From Amoeboradix gromovi X-113 (Eukaryota; Fungi; Sanchytriomycota), in NCBI GenBank assembly GCA_018985225.1, contig JADGIF010000026.1, forward strand, positions 1 to 32,000: a stretch of 32,000 bases of DNA, written 5' to 3'. A model generated the notes under the pieces. That model ran no database searches and had not been told where the DNA came from. It saw only the letters and a program-made list of their open reading frames with translations. The translations under genes were made by a program, and so were the position numbers. Below, piece after piece: positions 1-12,754 of this stretch (position 1 is the first letter of the stretch; every line of letters starts with the position of its first letter).

Positions 1-423
1 AGATGCAGGGTCTTCTAGTTTTATTTTGAAAAGAGGAATACAATCAATGAAAGAAAATTGGTATAATAGAAGATCTTTTATTAATAATAGCATTTCCTGC
101 GTATGGAGCACCTTGAAAAACGAGTTAGTCTAGTTTTTATATTTGGTGTCCCATAATAATGAACATCGGCTTCTTGGTATTCAAATTTCACCATAAGCAT
201 TTGTTTTTCTACAGTCCAGTACACTAGCGCAATGACAAGGGGATTAATGCAATTGCCGTTCAACAAAATAAGTTTATTGTATTTGGTTGTTACAGTTCAC
301 CTTAATTAACTAAGACAAGCAGTCTTTAATACGAGCAGTAAATACTTCAAATATCCCAATCGAAATCTTTTTGCTCTTCCCATAATATTTTAATAAAGTC
401 CCGCAGGTTATTCTATTTTTTGC

Positions 424-2198
424 ATGTCCCTCTGGCACTCTCGACAAAACCTCCTTGAAATGGAATCTGGTGCATTTAACATTTTTGCAAATGCATTAGC
501 TGGCTGTCATGATAAAGCATCTTTGTTTACTGAAGCTCTTCTGTCTGAGCTAGACAGTGAATCCTTGATATATTGGGTATTCAAGTATTATACCATTCAT
601 TATAAGAATGACGAACCTATTGCCGGTATTGTAGATTCCAACATCAACTGTAAGAATATAGAGTGGATACAATGTATATTTAATGCTACTATAAAGTACG
701 ATGACCTTGATTTGAAGTTTGAAGCTGACCCTTTGCACGATGATACACAATGTATCTATCTGTTTGCACTATTATGCCAAGGAAAAGCATGGGATGACAG
801 CAGAATCCATGAGACATGGAAGGTTTTATATGAAGGCAATAAACTCTTGCAAATAAATGAATATGGTGAGTTAGTAGGTAATCCTTGTAGAGCTATTCAT
901 CAGCGAGTAGCCCGTAAAATGATCTATCTGACCACAAAATCATCCTGCAAACGACTGTTGTCTATCATCGGCAGTGATTTTAACTCTTTGATGATGTATG
1001 TAAATGAATACTTGACTGCATTGTGGTCATACTTTTACATGGAACGAGAAGTTAATCGTATCAAGACACTGTTTGGTAGCCAGATATATTTTAAAAGCGA
1101 GTATGATGTTGGGGAATTGCCGGGTTTTGAGGAATTTTTAGAAAATTTAAAATGTTCTAAAAACAACAATATTCGACATGAGGCTAATGAACCTTTTAAT
1201 ATCATCCTTTCAGCAGTCCTGGCGTCTAGTGAGTTAATTCAAATAGAAAAGTTATGTACTAGAAAGGTCTACAGACATGAGGATCAGTTAAAATTAGAAT
1301 TTACAGATTTCAATGATGACGTTCTACTCTTGATGATCCATATAGTGTTAATATTTCAGTTTGAAGGCATGGATGACCTCTTCCTTGAAGAATGGGCTGT
1401 GACCCTCTTTAACCATTTTTTAGATTTGTTGGTTTCTTATGACTTGGTACGTTCAAACTCATTTAGTTTTCATTAATTCCAATATACTACCAGTACCCAC
1501 ATGGTAACAACTCTGATATAGCTGTGTATCTATCTAAAATGAACTTTCAATCGATCCACATGCACAATTATGAGAAGTTGGTGGCAGATATCCAATCCAA
1601 GTTAAACCACTACAATTTTAACGTTGAACAGATCTCTTTGACGGTCCTAAATATCTGTTTATCTAGTTTGAGTCATAATAACACTGAAGCCTTCAATATA
1701 TCGCTCCTAAGTGTACTCTGCTGGTGTTATCAATATGATGAAATCGTTGTTTATTTTAACTTGTTTTACCGCTTCTTGTTAATAAACAATCAATACGAAG
1801 CAATAGATAGGCTAGAAGTTGTGTTTGGTAAAAGATTGCCTGTTAAATGCCCAATATTTGATCAGTACCTCAAAGATATCCAGTTATTGCGTAACATTGC
1901 GCTGGTTATCAAACCAGATTCTGATCTTGTTTTGAATGATAAAAAGAATATATTTCGTCAGATAATGAGTGATTTTGAGCTCTCTCAGCAATTGCACTAC
2001 AATGTTGAACTGGATTTGAATATTTCTGGCTTGATAACGAAAACGATTAGAGTAATATGTCAACCAGACGATGCCATGGACTTGCTGACAACTGTTAAAT
2101 TCACATCAATTGAGTTAACCAACAATAAGCAAGACTACGTAAATGCACATCAGGCGCAATACCTAGTTAAAAGGCTAATGGATGCACTGGAAGAATAA
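424..2198 (+). CDS. NUP107: Divergent nucleoporin Nup107/Nup84 family protein; two exons (424-1446, 1467-2198)
   Basis: ORFs 424-1476 and 1524-2198 join in frame after removing a 20-nt intron (YDL|FSLIPIYY). Nup84/107-like motifs in the expected order: DDLD..., GNPCRAIH, LWSYF, LLMIHIVLIF, FLDLL...LIPIY, N.FYRFL. Confidence 0.6.
1447..1466 (+). other. 20-nt spliceosomal intron GTACGTTCAAACTCATTTAG
   Basis: GT..AG; removal restores the frame between two ORFs; branch-like A at -6. Confidence 0.8.
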
Positions 2199-2229
2199 AA
2201 TACTAATGCTACTGTGTTTATTTGCTCTT

Positions 2230-4178
2230 TTAGTCATATCTTCGCTTGTGCGCCTCATTGTTTACATACCAAGTGCTAGCAAAGTATCCTAACAACAATA
2301 TCAGCATTCCAATTTGTACGCTATTTCTATCAAATGAGTCAGGTATTTCATCAAAGCTGCCACTCGGGTGTGTCTTTGTATAAAACAGATCACCACCATG
2401 TGCAATAATATGAGACTGCGATTCCCTTGCTGCACTGTTGCTGTTTATAAACCTAATTCCAAAAAGCCTCTTCGAATTGAGTGCATTAGCAGAAGAATAA
2501 TAAAACGCATCTGGCTCATTAGGCTTATAGCTAGATAAATCTACCATTGCTTTCTGTATTTTAGTCAATAAACCAGTATAACAAGAATAAACTAAATTAA
2601 GAATGGAATACCTATAATGTCTCGATAAGCAACACCAAGAGTAGTTTGAGTAACTGTACTGGCGCTAAATGGACCTTTGTCGATGATTGTCTGCCTCATT
2701 TTCACCTTTGGAGATTCAATTGTATCATAAGACCAATTTAACGGCGGAGTACTTGCAAATATCATCTCGTAAACAACTCCAACAGACTGAATATTATTCA
2801 GCATATAAGTAACGTACACAAAGTTCTCCGACATTGTGATTGTGAACGGTTTAAACGCATTATTTAAAACACCATAAATATATGATCTGCCGTTTATAGC
2901 ATCGATGCCCCAAACAGCCAAGATAGAATCTTTAGCATTGTACCATAGATATGCTTTTAAATTAGGTGCAAACTTTATTTCATCGCCAATAACATATTTG
3001 GCCACATTTTCTAAAGGTTTATTAACGGAACCAACTAGAACGAAATCCTTTGGAATTGGTATCTTGTATTTAGATTTCCATTCTCCGCTCTGTAGTTCTA
3101 GACCGTGGATCATCGAATCGTTGGTCAGTACCTTATGGCCAACCACTGGTGACTTAATGATTTGAGGCTTATTCTTGTTTTTAATTACATTTGTGTTAAA
3201 CAATATTGTATCCATGACCAAAGAATCTTTAAATGTACTGAATTTAATTAAAGTGGGGCTACTATTGATCAGTCCGCTGATGTAAACAAAACTGTCAATG
3301 TAGTACAACTTTTTGGATTTAAATAATTCTAACCCTTTGATGTCGAATAACATAATCTTTCTATTAAGAGTGCCATTTTGATTCACTATATAAAGAGAAG
3401 GATCCGTAGGACCACTCAATACCAGTAGCAACTCAAGGTTCTTTGGTTTAATTGTTTCCTCAAAAGATAACTGATTCAATAAAATCCTTAAATGAGTGGT
3501 GTATCTATCAATCAGAGCTGAAAATATATCCTCGTGCTCTATTCTATTCTTCATTTGTTTAACCGCAGGCTGTTCAAAATAAAGAGCATCAATAGATCTT
3601 GTCATTCCTTGTTCAATAATCCACTCAACAGCACCCTGATTGTTTACGTAGCTCATAGCTCCACATTGTTTAATTGCCAAGTATCCGTTAGAGAGCTGAA
3701 AGGCTTTTTTAATTTCACAGTGAGATTTGATTTTGACATTGCCAAACTGGTAGCCATGTGTAAGCGATTCTATTTTTAAAGGGCTAGGTTTCGCAGAAAA
3801 TTGTAAACCGGATGCAGAGGAGCAAGAGCTAGTGCAAATATATTGGGATTTAGATATCTGAATTGACAATTTGTTTTCGATAGTTTGGACCATCAAGTCA
3901 AGACAACCGTTTTTGACAGGAATTGTGTATGGACTAGAGTCCACACCAGAGCCTAGGGTGACAAAATTTGGGGTACCGATCGCCCATGAGCCATCTCTGT
4001 TGATTGAAGAACTACATGCATCATGTACATGTTGACGGTTAACAAGATTACCTAGTTCATCATACCATGCTACCATATTAAGATGTGATCTAAGCAGTAT
4101 TAGTTTCTGAACTTGAACTGCATCTTCTGGGACACCCGCTAATTGTATTGTTAAACTAAAAGCAAATGATAGGAGCAT
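2230..4178 (-). CDS. EMC1: ER membrane protein complex subunit 1 (shortened, about 640 aa); two exons (4178-2612, 2591-2230)
   Basis: First ATG at 4178 (MLLSFAFS, signal-like). Spliced junction reads TLGVAYRDIIVYSCYTGLLTKI. C-terminal HGGDLFYTKTHPSGSFDEIPDSFD plus TM helix and basic tail is the EMC1 signature. Confidence 0.85.
2592..2611 (-). other. 20-nt spliceosomal intron GTATTCCATTCTTAATTTAG
   Basis: GT..AG on the minus strand; contains the ORF stop; removal joins the two EMC1 ORFs in frame. Confidence 0.9.
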
Positions 4179-4496
4179 GTTTAAAAAAATAGATATTAAA
4201 AATAACTGAAGAGGCGCTGACAAGTAGAAGAGGAATAGCCAAAAAGAATAACTTTTATCTTACATAATATGCTAGAGCTGTTCCATGAAAAGTATTTTGG
4301 TGTGTTAAAGGGATGACAAGAGTGAAAGAGTTGAATAATTAGGCAAAAAATATCCCTTAAAAAGGTTAAAAAAATATAATGTATACACTTTATCAGACTA
4401 CTTTACAATCACTAGATCATCGCTAGACTCAAATAATACAGAAAGTTGATTGATGCATAAAGAACTCTGCTGGGAAAGATTTGGCTATGGGCATGA

Positions 4497-5110
4497 AAGA
4501 TAATCATAGCTAGACTCCGGAATTTAGAAAATCAAAGGGTGGCTCTATATTTCACTGACATGATAGAAAGAATTAGGGCTTCCAACTATACCATGAGGTT
4601 TAAGGTTGTGCCAAAGTGCCTCTGTGATGTAGCTGAGGGTCTGAACGTGAATGCGTACGAGGAAAAGCTTCAAGTCATTGAGAGTATAGTGAGTAGCGTA
4701 GAAAGACCGCTGGCGTGAAAGTGAAAAAGACAAAAAATAAACAAGTCTCAATATCATAGCACTTCTTTTTATTCGTGCTGCTATTTTGTCACCATTCAAA
4801 ACTTTGCAGATCTACGACTTGGAGCAATTTTTTCGCATCAGAATATGCGAAATGAAAAGAACTCAAATTTCGTTAGAGTTGCGACCATTCAAAAACAATA
4901 TGATGTGTCCAACACTTGTAGTAGCTGCAATCGTTGCGTCAATTGTCAGCAATGCGGTCACCAAGACCATAGAGATATCAATCCAGGTACTTCAAAATAA
5001 TGTAGGCAAGAACATGCTCAAATGGTATCTCCCCAAGTTGTCTAGACTTGAGAAGTGTGGGTTTGAAATCTTCATGATTTTCGAATTCTTCACATTTAAC
5101 GTAGGCGAAC
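4497..5110 (+). pseudogene. Degenerate Fanzor2/TnpB nuclease relic (distinct from the four-copy family) with a putative omegaRNA hairpin
   Basis: RuvC-I-like KIIIA/LDSGI* (4497-4527, frameshifted). Frame 4725-4997 reads RQKINKSQYH...SNTCSSCNRCVNCQQCGHQDHRDIN (Zn ribbon plus RuvC-III), then GKNMLKWYL in another frame. Hairpin 5053-5097 contains GAAATC..GATTTTC. Confidence 0.7.
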
Positions 5111-5267
5111 CGGCAAACAAGAGAATTTGGTACCGAATTTTCACCATAATAATAGGTGATAAACCTTGAAATTGATACTTGCTGGTTCTAACTTTTTGAG
5201 ACAGTTGTTTAAAGATTAAATCTAGCTTTTGTAGAGCATGTTGAGTGTGGCTTATCTAAAACTTCAA

Positions 5268-8200
5268 ATGACCGATCAAGTAAATTTTTGGGAACTTTCC
5301 CAAATCGAATTAGAGGATCAGTTAGCACCATCAGAAATACCATGTGAGCCCTTGACTATTGAACGTGTTCGTAGGGAAGAAGAGCATGAGCTAGACATTT
5401 TTAAAAGTGAAGTAAATGGAGAATATCAGCTTATTTTAAGTTTGAGAAAGTTATATCAACTAGGCTTGCCTTTCAGAGCATTTTTATACGCGTACAGATG
5501 TAGCGCATTAAGTGTTCCCCAAGTTAAATCGCACGATCAAGAAAACAAAGGAGACTTGTACCAAGTAACTTATGAAGTACTGAAGCCTCAAGTTGAAGAA
5601 ATGAAAAAATTTATGCGATTTTGTTTAACAGTGGTGTCTACCCTAAAGGAAGTTATCGAGAAGTCAACTAAAATGGATTCCTCACCAGATTTACTGAAAG
5701 AAATTGGGGTCTGCTTGGATATGGTTTTAAGCTTGGACTGTTTAAAAAACATGAAGGCATCATTAAACAATGATTTTTCCCTGTACAAGAGATGTCTTTC
5801 TAATCTTGGTCCTATGGTAGGACAAGAAGAAATGATGGAAAACAATCAGCTGTATTTTTTCCTAGGTAATAAGGACTCCTTTATGCTGGCGCTAAAAGAA
5901 GAGATTTTTAAAATACCCGGTTTTGAAGACGTTGTCATGGATGTTGCTAACATTCAAGTTGAAAACTTAGAAAAGGGAATGTATTTATCACCAAGTGAAA
6001 AGTATGTGTTATTAAGATCCATTATTGCTGCAACTGTCATTGTTCACACTGACAGAAAAGAGAATGCTAAAGATTTTGCACTCAAGGTAAAAAGATTAAA
6101 AGCTGAGAAAATATTTAGGGAACTACGAGTTAATCAATTTATTCCTTTATTTGGAGAAATGACATTGCAGACTTCATTACTTTTTAAAAAAACATTAATT
6201 GCTGACCAATTCAAAGAAACTATTGTTGACAACAACATAAATTTACTCAGTCAACTTGAAAAGACACAATCCGATTTCCAAAATATTGCAATGAAATTGA
6301 AGATTTTTATGAATGTTTATGACCATACAACAGCTGCCTCCACTCTTAACGCAGAAACTGTCAGAAATATGTCCAACACCATGGTAGAAGGCCTAAAATT
6401 AGTCGTGGAATGGAATTCTGTTATTTTAGAACATAATGCATCTAAAATTGTAAATCCCGCAGACCCCGAGAAGAAACAATGCCCTCCAGATGCCAAGGAG
6501 TACGAAAGAGCGGTAAGATACAATTATAGTGATGCAGAAAAGGAAACTTTAATTCACTACATTTATATGGTGAAAACGCTGAGCCAACTATTAAGTGAGG
6601 TCGAGTTAAAATATTCTGACGTAATTCGTAAAACCGTCTATATAACATATCAAGAATTCACTAGAAATACCGTGGATGGCTTAATTTCATTTGCTCAAAA
6701 AAAGAAGAAACAATATGCAAATATTTTGTTAAGCATACAGAACTTGGGAAGCGACATACTAAATCGAGGGCAGGCATACAGAACTGTAGGTCCTAGTAAT
6801 ACTCAAGTAGTATTAACTCGCATGTTGGTACATAGATGTTTGACAGAGAACAATAAAGTTCAAGGTGGTCTTTTTACCAAAAATTCTAATTTTTCAGATC
6901 TTCAAATGGAAGAGATTGAAGCCTTTATTGATGCCTCTTATTATTTTGAAGCCATGCTGGATTATAAACATCATTTAAGATCGGCTTCTGACTTATCAGC
7001 ATTGTGGTTCAAAGAATTTTACTTGGAATTAAGCAAAGAGGTGCAATTCCCGATAGAGTGCTCTCTGCCTTGGATTTTAATGAACTTTATGCTAAATCAT
7101 CCGTCCCCTGAATATACAGAGTTCCTTCTGGTCCCCTTTTCTATTTACAATGATGCGGCCCATGAAGCACTATATAATTTGAACCTAAGCTACTTATTTG
7201 ATGAGGTTGAAGCAGAAGCTAATCTAGTGTTTGACCAGTTAATATTTAAATACTCGGAAATGGTCTTTTCCCATTTTAAAACTAGATCTACCAGAATGTT
7301 AATTGAACAAGAAATCGAGTCTTTAGATAAGCAAAAGCAGCAATCTGCTAATAAGAGGTCACTGGATCAAGCAGATTTGAAAGCATTTCATAGTTTGCAC
7401 GAGTCTATCTTAAAACAAAACAGATTTTATTTATTAGGTCGATTCATTGATATCAGAAGAGTGATGGGACAATGCATGAATCAGTATTTTAGGAAAGCAT
7501 TAGAAGTAGCCATTAATAGATACGAGTCAAGTGACCTGACATTCGCAGTGCAACTAGGGTTCTTAATCAGATCCAACAAACTAGCTCATAGGCTAGCATC
7601 GGAAATACTTCCAATTGATTCATTTGATGACATGTTGAAAGAAGTTGACGAGAGTACTGTTTTAGGTAGCATGGGTGGTAGATTGTTGTCCCATACATTT
7701 GCTGAAATAGTTAATGACATAATGCCGAATTATTGCTTCAGTACCGTTACAGAGAGATTTGTGAAATCAATTATGACCAAAAACAAGCAAAGACCTAGTG
7801 CCAAGGCGCCTGTCATATACTTATTTGGTACCAAAGCATTAAATTTATATGTTAACAAGCAATTTGCTGGATACAAAGGATTTTTAGGTGGATCACCGCA
7901 TTTTGCAGCTATTTCGAGGATTATAGGTAAACGTCAAACTATTTCATTAATTTCAGAGGTGGGAAACGTTGTTGTGCAGATTATCGAATCACACATAACT
8001 CCGTACATGAAAATATTAATCAAAGGCTTCCCACAGATTAAACTACCTTCAGTGGAATACAAGACACAAGGTGTTTATCAATTTTTTATTTCAGCGCTGG
8101 CCCCGTTATTAAAATACCAGGATTTACCATTAGTTATGAGCGCGTTTAAAGAGATAGGTAATGGCATTATATGCTGCAAGTTACTAGAAGAATGTTTGGT

Positions 8201-8916
8201 ATTTTTTGTTAATCTAGGCCGTTGATTCTGTGCTTAAGGGTTTGGTTAACTTTGATAAAATCGATTCTACAAAATTAAGCTTTGGTAATGAGATTTCGAT
8301 GAGTCCTAAAGATATTGATGAGATAGCTATTTCCTCACTAAAAGGTGCAAACAGTTTAAGTTTGAGTGCTAAGCGTCTAAGCATATTGACCAGTAAGCAA
8401 AAGTTATCAGTTTTGCCAACAGTTTTTATTAAAGTAAAGGGCGCAATCGAGCAAGCAGCATTGGAGTGTAGCTCGCTATTGATAAAAACTGCGGGAATGA
8501 CAAAGTTCGATATTCCGAATGATTTTGCTCACATTTGGTGCTTTGTAGAATTCGTTTACGCGTTGCCAGCGATTGGGCAGACAATGGCACATCGACAGAT
8601 TAGCGGAGATGGCGTGGTGTGGGCTGGGTGCACGTTAATGAAACTGCTAGGGTATTCTGAAAAACATGCCATTTGCTCTTTTTTGACACATTTATCATAT
8701 ACAAGAAGTATAGAAATACACAAGGATGAGATCTCGCAGCTACCGGATGAGACAGACGGTGTAGTAAGTATGAGCAATTATGTTAAGAACATAAATGATG
8801 AAATTTACAGATTCCTAGATCTAAATATCGAGGAACCAGAAATTAAAGGAAACGTGTATCCATTGCCGGAAAAGCGCAATTTTGATCAAGTAGTTGATAA
8901 GGTAAATAAACAGTAA
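5268..8916 (+). CDS. CYFIP: CYFIP/Sra1/PIR121, WAVE regulatory complex subunit; two exons (5268-8198, 8218-8916)
   Basis: LYAYRCS..VPQVK, LKNMKASLNNDFSLYKR, YERAVRYNY, DLSALWFKEFYLEL..VQFPIECSLPWIL, GDGVVWAGCT. A 19-nt intron joins the two ORFs. Alternative ATG at 5238. Confidence 0.95.
8199..8217 (+). other. 19-nt spliceosomal intron GTATTTTTTGTTAATCTAG
   Basis: Phase 0; joins EECL|AVDSVLKG in frame with the 8230 ORF. Confidence 0.9.
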
Positions 8917-9136
8917 TTTTTAACTTCAAGTCAATCAGTAAAGAAAGTTAGCTTGCTCGTGCCACTTGCGATAATTACGGCTTTGCACAATACAGCGCAT
9001 CAATACTTTTATAGGCTTGCTGGATTTATACATTGTTTCCATCCGAGGATTTGAAATGGCTTTATTATCCAACGAAATTACAAAGCATCCCGGAGTTTAG
9101 CCAATTGAATATTAAAAAACAATCATAAAAAGACGC

Positions 9137-9650
9137 GTGCTAGATTCCGCATTGCTGCTGTTTCTTACATGCGTGTTTTCTGTCTCAATTGATTGCTCAA
9201 ATGTGATCAAGTTTGTAGAAGGAATGCGTCTTGATGTGAAGCAACCAAGTATAACGAGTGCTATAAATACAGACTGCTGTGGGATCGGGAAGTTAGTGGG
9301 GTGTAACCAAAATATACTGGAATACCTTGGCTTTCAATGGAGTCTTGAATAGCACGCAATTGGCATTTATGACCATGATTAATTCTTTAATTGTCAACTA
9401 CGATCAAATAACTGGCGCGTTCCATTTAGAAGGCACTTGAAGATACACGCAAGAGAATCTAATGATCAACAAATAATGTCGTCGTTCTAAGTCAGTAAAT
9501 TCTATTAACCTAAAGTAATCACGCTTGCCAATGTACGCATAACTTCAGCTTCTCTGAGAAAATGATGCCTTCACCTCATGAATTTTGTTTGACAAACATC
9601 ACTCCTCTTTGGCTATATCCACTATGGCTACCTGTGAAAAGTCTTAATTA
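9137..9650 (+). pseudogene. Decayed secreted leucine-rich-repeat protein gene
   Basis: Signal-like LLLFLTCVFS and Cys cap IDCSNV...DCC...GC. After a frameshift it reads FNGVLNSTQLAFMTMINSLIVNYDQITGAF (extracellular LRR pattern, 9333-9422). Multiple stops and frameshifts follow, and there is no ATG. Confidence 0.6.
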
Positions 9651-9938
9651 CCAGAAATTATGAAATTTCCAAAGAGAAATGCAAAACATCCTATAATTAT
9701 TATTAATGTTCTAAAAACGCAGCGCCGAATGTATCTCTATTTGGGCCACTACAAAAATAAGTAGTAAAGTAACCAAATATCACAAAATGCAGAGCCAGCA
9801 GTTAGAAAACAAGAAATCAATGCGGACCATCAGTATAACCACAACTGAAGGTCTGAAAAAATTGATTTAGTTTTGCTATATTATATTCTCAAGTACATGT
9901 AGAGCTCAATTCATATTCTACATAGTTTATTTATTTTA

Positions 9939-12644
9939 CTATAACAAGTAATCCATTACATGCATGTAATACAATTGCTTATCTTCGTTCTCTATTTTTG
10001 GATAATAGGGTACCATACTGTCCTGCCCGCTTATGTATATGCCATTGTATATCTTCCAGTACACCTGTCTAACTCTTCTCGCAGGATGAAATAGACCTTG
10101 CAATAAATATTGCAATATCAGTCCGGAACCAAGTGACAAGCTAAGCGCTTCTATGGCCTCAAACACACTTTCCAAGACATGACTTGATTCGAATAGGTTG
10201 GGCCATGTTAGATTCAACATATGTATCAATTGCTCGTCTAACCCGCAGCCATAAACATTGCTAGCTAGATTCTTAATTATCTGGCACCCGATTTGCCTAT
10301 GAATTACATCTCTATCAACCAGTGCATCTTCGATTAATGTAGTAGCCACATTGGTGTAATCAATTGCATCTGGGCCTATGTACTCAAATATATATGAAAT
10401 GCTTTTTAATACTCCATTTTGTACATTAACCTCAGGGTACCTATACTCGTTCAACAGCTGTGCTAGTATAGTATATGCTCCACACTTTTGTGCTATGATA
10501 CCTATACTTACCGCTGTACATAGTCGTATTTGCCGTTCCTGAACTTTTAGGTTATTTATTAACGTAGCTAATACTTCTTGTGGCCCGATAGCCTGAGCAA
10601 TGCATCCCAGACACACTGTACTTGCCTTGCGAATACCCTTTCTTTGTGCTCTCATTAATTCCACAAGCTCAAATGATATTCTAATCCATTCTCTTGGGTT
10701 TATATGATCCGCACCATGTTCTGCTATGTATCCTACTAGAGATATGCAATTCTCCTGTACCTGCTCATGCCTATTTCTCAATATAGGAGTTAGCCTAGGC
10801 AATAGATCTTTAATTGGTGGAGTCATTGTGTCCATTCCAATGGCAACCACTACGCTGTTTAGCCCAGCTATAATGCTAGCAAGAGTATCTGGATACTCCT
10901 CGCCTAGATATTCATACAAGACCACACCAAGGTTGTTTAGTTGCTTTAATTCATTGCAATCTTTTAACACCATAGTTATCTTAGATATCAATTCAGCAGT
11001 CAATTGCCTTACTTTAGGGGTCTTTGAATTCAGTCTAAACAATATGGTGCTCATTATTTGCTCAATATATGGCTTAGCATTCAAACGTAAATGTTCCAGA
11101 AAAGTGCTAAAAGCATTTAAAGTAACCGGCTCATCCATAGACTGATGTTGAAAAGCGTACAGAAGACCGTCTACTATCTCCTGCTGCAATCTCAAGTCTA
11201 ATTCATCGACTGATTGGATTTCGATCAGTTTTAGTAAACATTCGCACGACATCTTTCTTAAAGGTTCACTTTCATCCTTCAGATTAAATTTTAAATGGCT
11301 CAGTATCTCTGATGACTTCAACTTGCTAGCTAGAGCTACAGTAGCATCAATTATTGGTTTGACCATCCTTCTATCCAATGCCATTCTCCTATTCCAAAAC
11401 GACTCCAGGAAAGGGTTCAATATTGTGGGTTCCATTTTTATCTCACTCTGACAGCATTTACATAGTACCAGTAATATAGTCCTTTTGACATCTGCATCAA
11501 AGGATCCAAATTCGCGAACTAGTAATGGAATAATCTGACGAGTGTAATAACTGGCATCTTCAGTATCCATTAATGGTATAATACATCCAACTGCTTTTAG
11601 TGCTGCCACCAATGCTTTACCACGATGTTGCTTAACATTCTTCCATAAGTTAAGTACTATTGGTTCAAATTTCTCTATTCCATAAGGATGGCAAGATTCA
11701 GCCAAAGCGCTAATAGCCAGGAATGTTATAGTTCGTACCTGAATATTTTTATCATCTAATCTGTCTTTCAACGCATCAATAAAGTATCCCAACTGAGGTA
11801 GCAAGGATATACCCAGCCTCTGAGCGCTAAAATACAATGTACGCACACCTGTATGTCTCTCATCTGGATTTTCGCTCGCGCAAATGGCTTTCACAAATGG
11901 CATAACAGAACTGATACCAACAGTAGATAAAATAACACTTAGCGCTTTTGAACAGCATTGGCGCATGAATTCGTCTTCGTTAGCCGTGTCCTGCTTAAGT
12001 CTGTTTAATAAAATGAACGCACCAACAGCCTTGGTCAAGTTGCCAAACAGTTGAAAACCAAATCTACGAGTCATGTAATCTTCACTCACCAATAATGGCA
12101 ATATGATAACCAACAGCTCATTGACATACAGTCTAAGTTTATCGCCGTGTTTAATCATCATCTTGTCTATCAGTTTCAATATCGCTAATCGTTCACTATC
12201 ACTAAGTTGTTCCTGAATCATTAAAGTCAGAAGGTTTTTCATGACAAGATCTAAATCAGCAAATTCCAAATGTCTAGATGCAGTCTTACGTTGATACTGT
12301 TGGCCTTTTACTAGGTGCAAAAGATGGTAAGCGACTTTTTTTTGCTTCAACTCTGCCGTGGATAAAACTTCATCCGGTTGCTTCAATAATGGGAACAGCT
12401 GCAAATAGGGTTTCGTAAGTTGCTCTTCTTGTAAATCAACAACAGGTGCCGAAAATGTTAATTGATTATATACAATAGCGTAACCTTGAGACGGCAAAAT
12501 AGAATCAATATGAGCTAGGACGTAATCTACATCATTGCCAACTAATTGTGGTGGACTGTTATCTTGAATATCCCATCTTGATTTGCGTTTAACTTGAGCT
12601 GGTTGAATATTTTCTGTATTTCTAGCTCTATCCCAGCGGCTCAT
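9939..12644 (-). CDS. SF3B1: Splicing factor 3B subunit 1 (Hsh155), shortened N-terminus, about 900 aa
   Basis: SRWD ULM motifs, RHTG, PYGIE, LYEYLGEEYP, PPIKDLLPRLTPILRNRH, QGLFHPARRVR. ATG of MSRWD at 12644. Confidence 0.97.
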   Translation of the reverse strand: MSRWDRARNTENIQPAQVKRKSRWDIQDNSPPQLVGNDVDYVLAHIDSILPSQGYAIVYNQLTFSAPVVDLQEEQLTKPYLQLFPLLKQPDEVLSTAELKQKKVAYHLLHLVKGQQYQRKTASRHLEFADLDLVMKNLLTLMIQEQLSDSERLAILKLIDKMMIKHGDKLRLYVNELLVIILPLLVSEDYMTRRFGFQLFGNLTKAVGAFILLNRLKQDTANEDEFMRQCCSKALSVILSTVGISSVMPFVKAICASENPDERHTGVRTLYFSAQRLGISLLPQLGYFIDALKDRLDDKNIQVRTITFLAISALAESCHPYGIEKFEPIVLNLWKNVKQHRGKALVAALKAVGCIIPLMDTEDASYYTRQIIPLLVREFGSFDADVKRTILLVLCKCCQSEIKMEPTILNPFLESFWNRRMALDRRMVKPIIDATVALASKLKSSEILSHLKFNLKDESEPLRKMSCECLLKLIEIQSVDELDLRLQQEIVDGLLYAFQHQSMDEPVTLNAFSTFLEHLRLNAKPYIEQIMSTILFRLNSKTPKVRQLTAELISKITMVLKDCNELKQLNNLGVVLYEYLGEEYPDTLASIIAGLNSVVVAIGMDTMTPPIKDLLPRLTPILRNRHEQVQENCISLVGYIAEHGADHINPREWIRISFELVELMRAQRKGIRKASTVCLGCIAQAIGPQEVLATLINNLKVQERQIRLCTAVSIGIIAQKCGAYTILAQLLNEYRYPEVNVQNGVLKSISYIFEYIGPDAIDYTNVATTLIEDALVDRDVIHRQIGCQIIKNLASNVYGCGLDEQLIHMLNLTWPNLFESSHVLESVFEAIEALSLSLGSGLILQYLLQGLFHPARRVRQVYWKIYNGIYISGQDSMVPYYPKIENEDKQLYYMHVMDYLL

Positions 12645-12754
12645 GTGACGGAGAGATTTCAAAAATATTAAAACAAATTTAAACACCAACAAAATCATTG
12701 CAATTAAAAAAGAGTTGCTTACTAGTTTTCAGCAAGAGCACCAGAAATGAGTAT

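Noticed and set aside
1-266. 61-aa minus ORF and a short frame open to the window start
   Set aside because: No recognisable homology; may be the start of a gene outside the window but cannot be supported.
1504-1521. 18-nt candidate intron GTAACAACTCTGATATAG
   Set aside because: It fits the intron pattern but is in frame and stop-free, and the unspliced spacing fits Nup107 better; RNA data are needed.
4786-5169. 127-aa ORF
   Set aside because: Non-ATG start and mostly an off-frame reading of the Fanzor relic.
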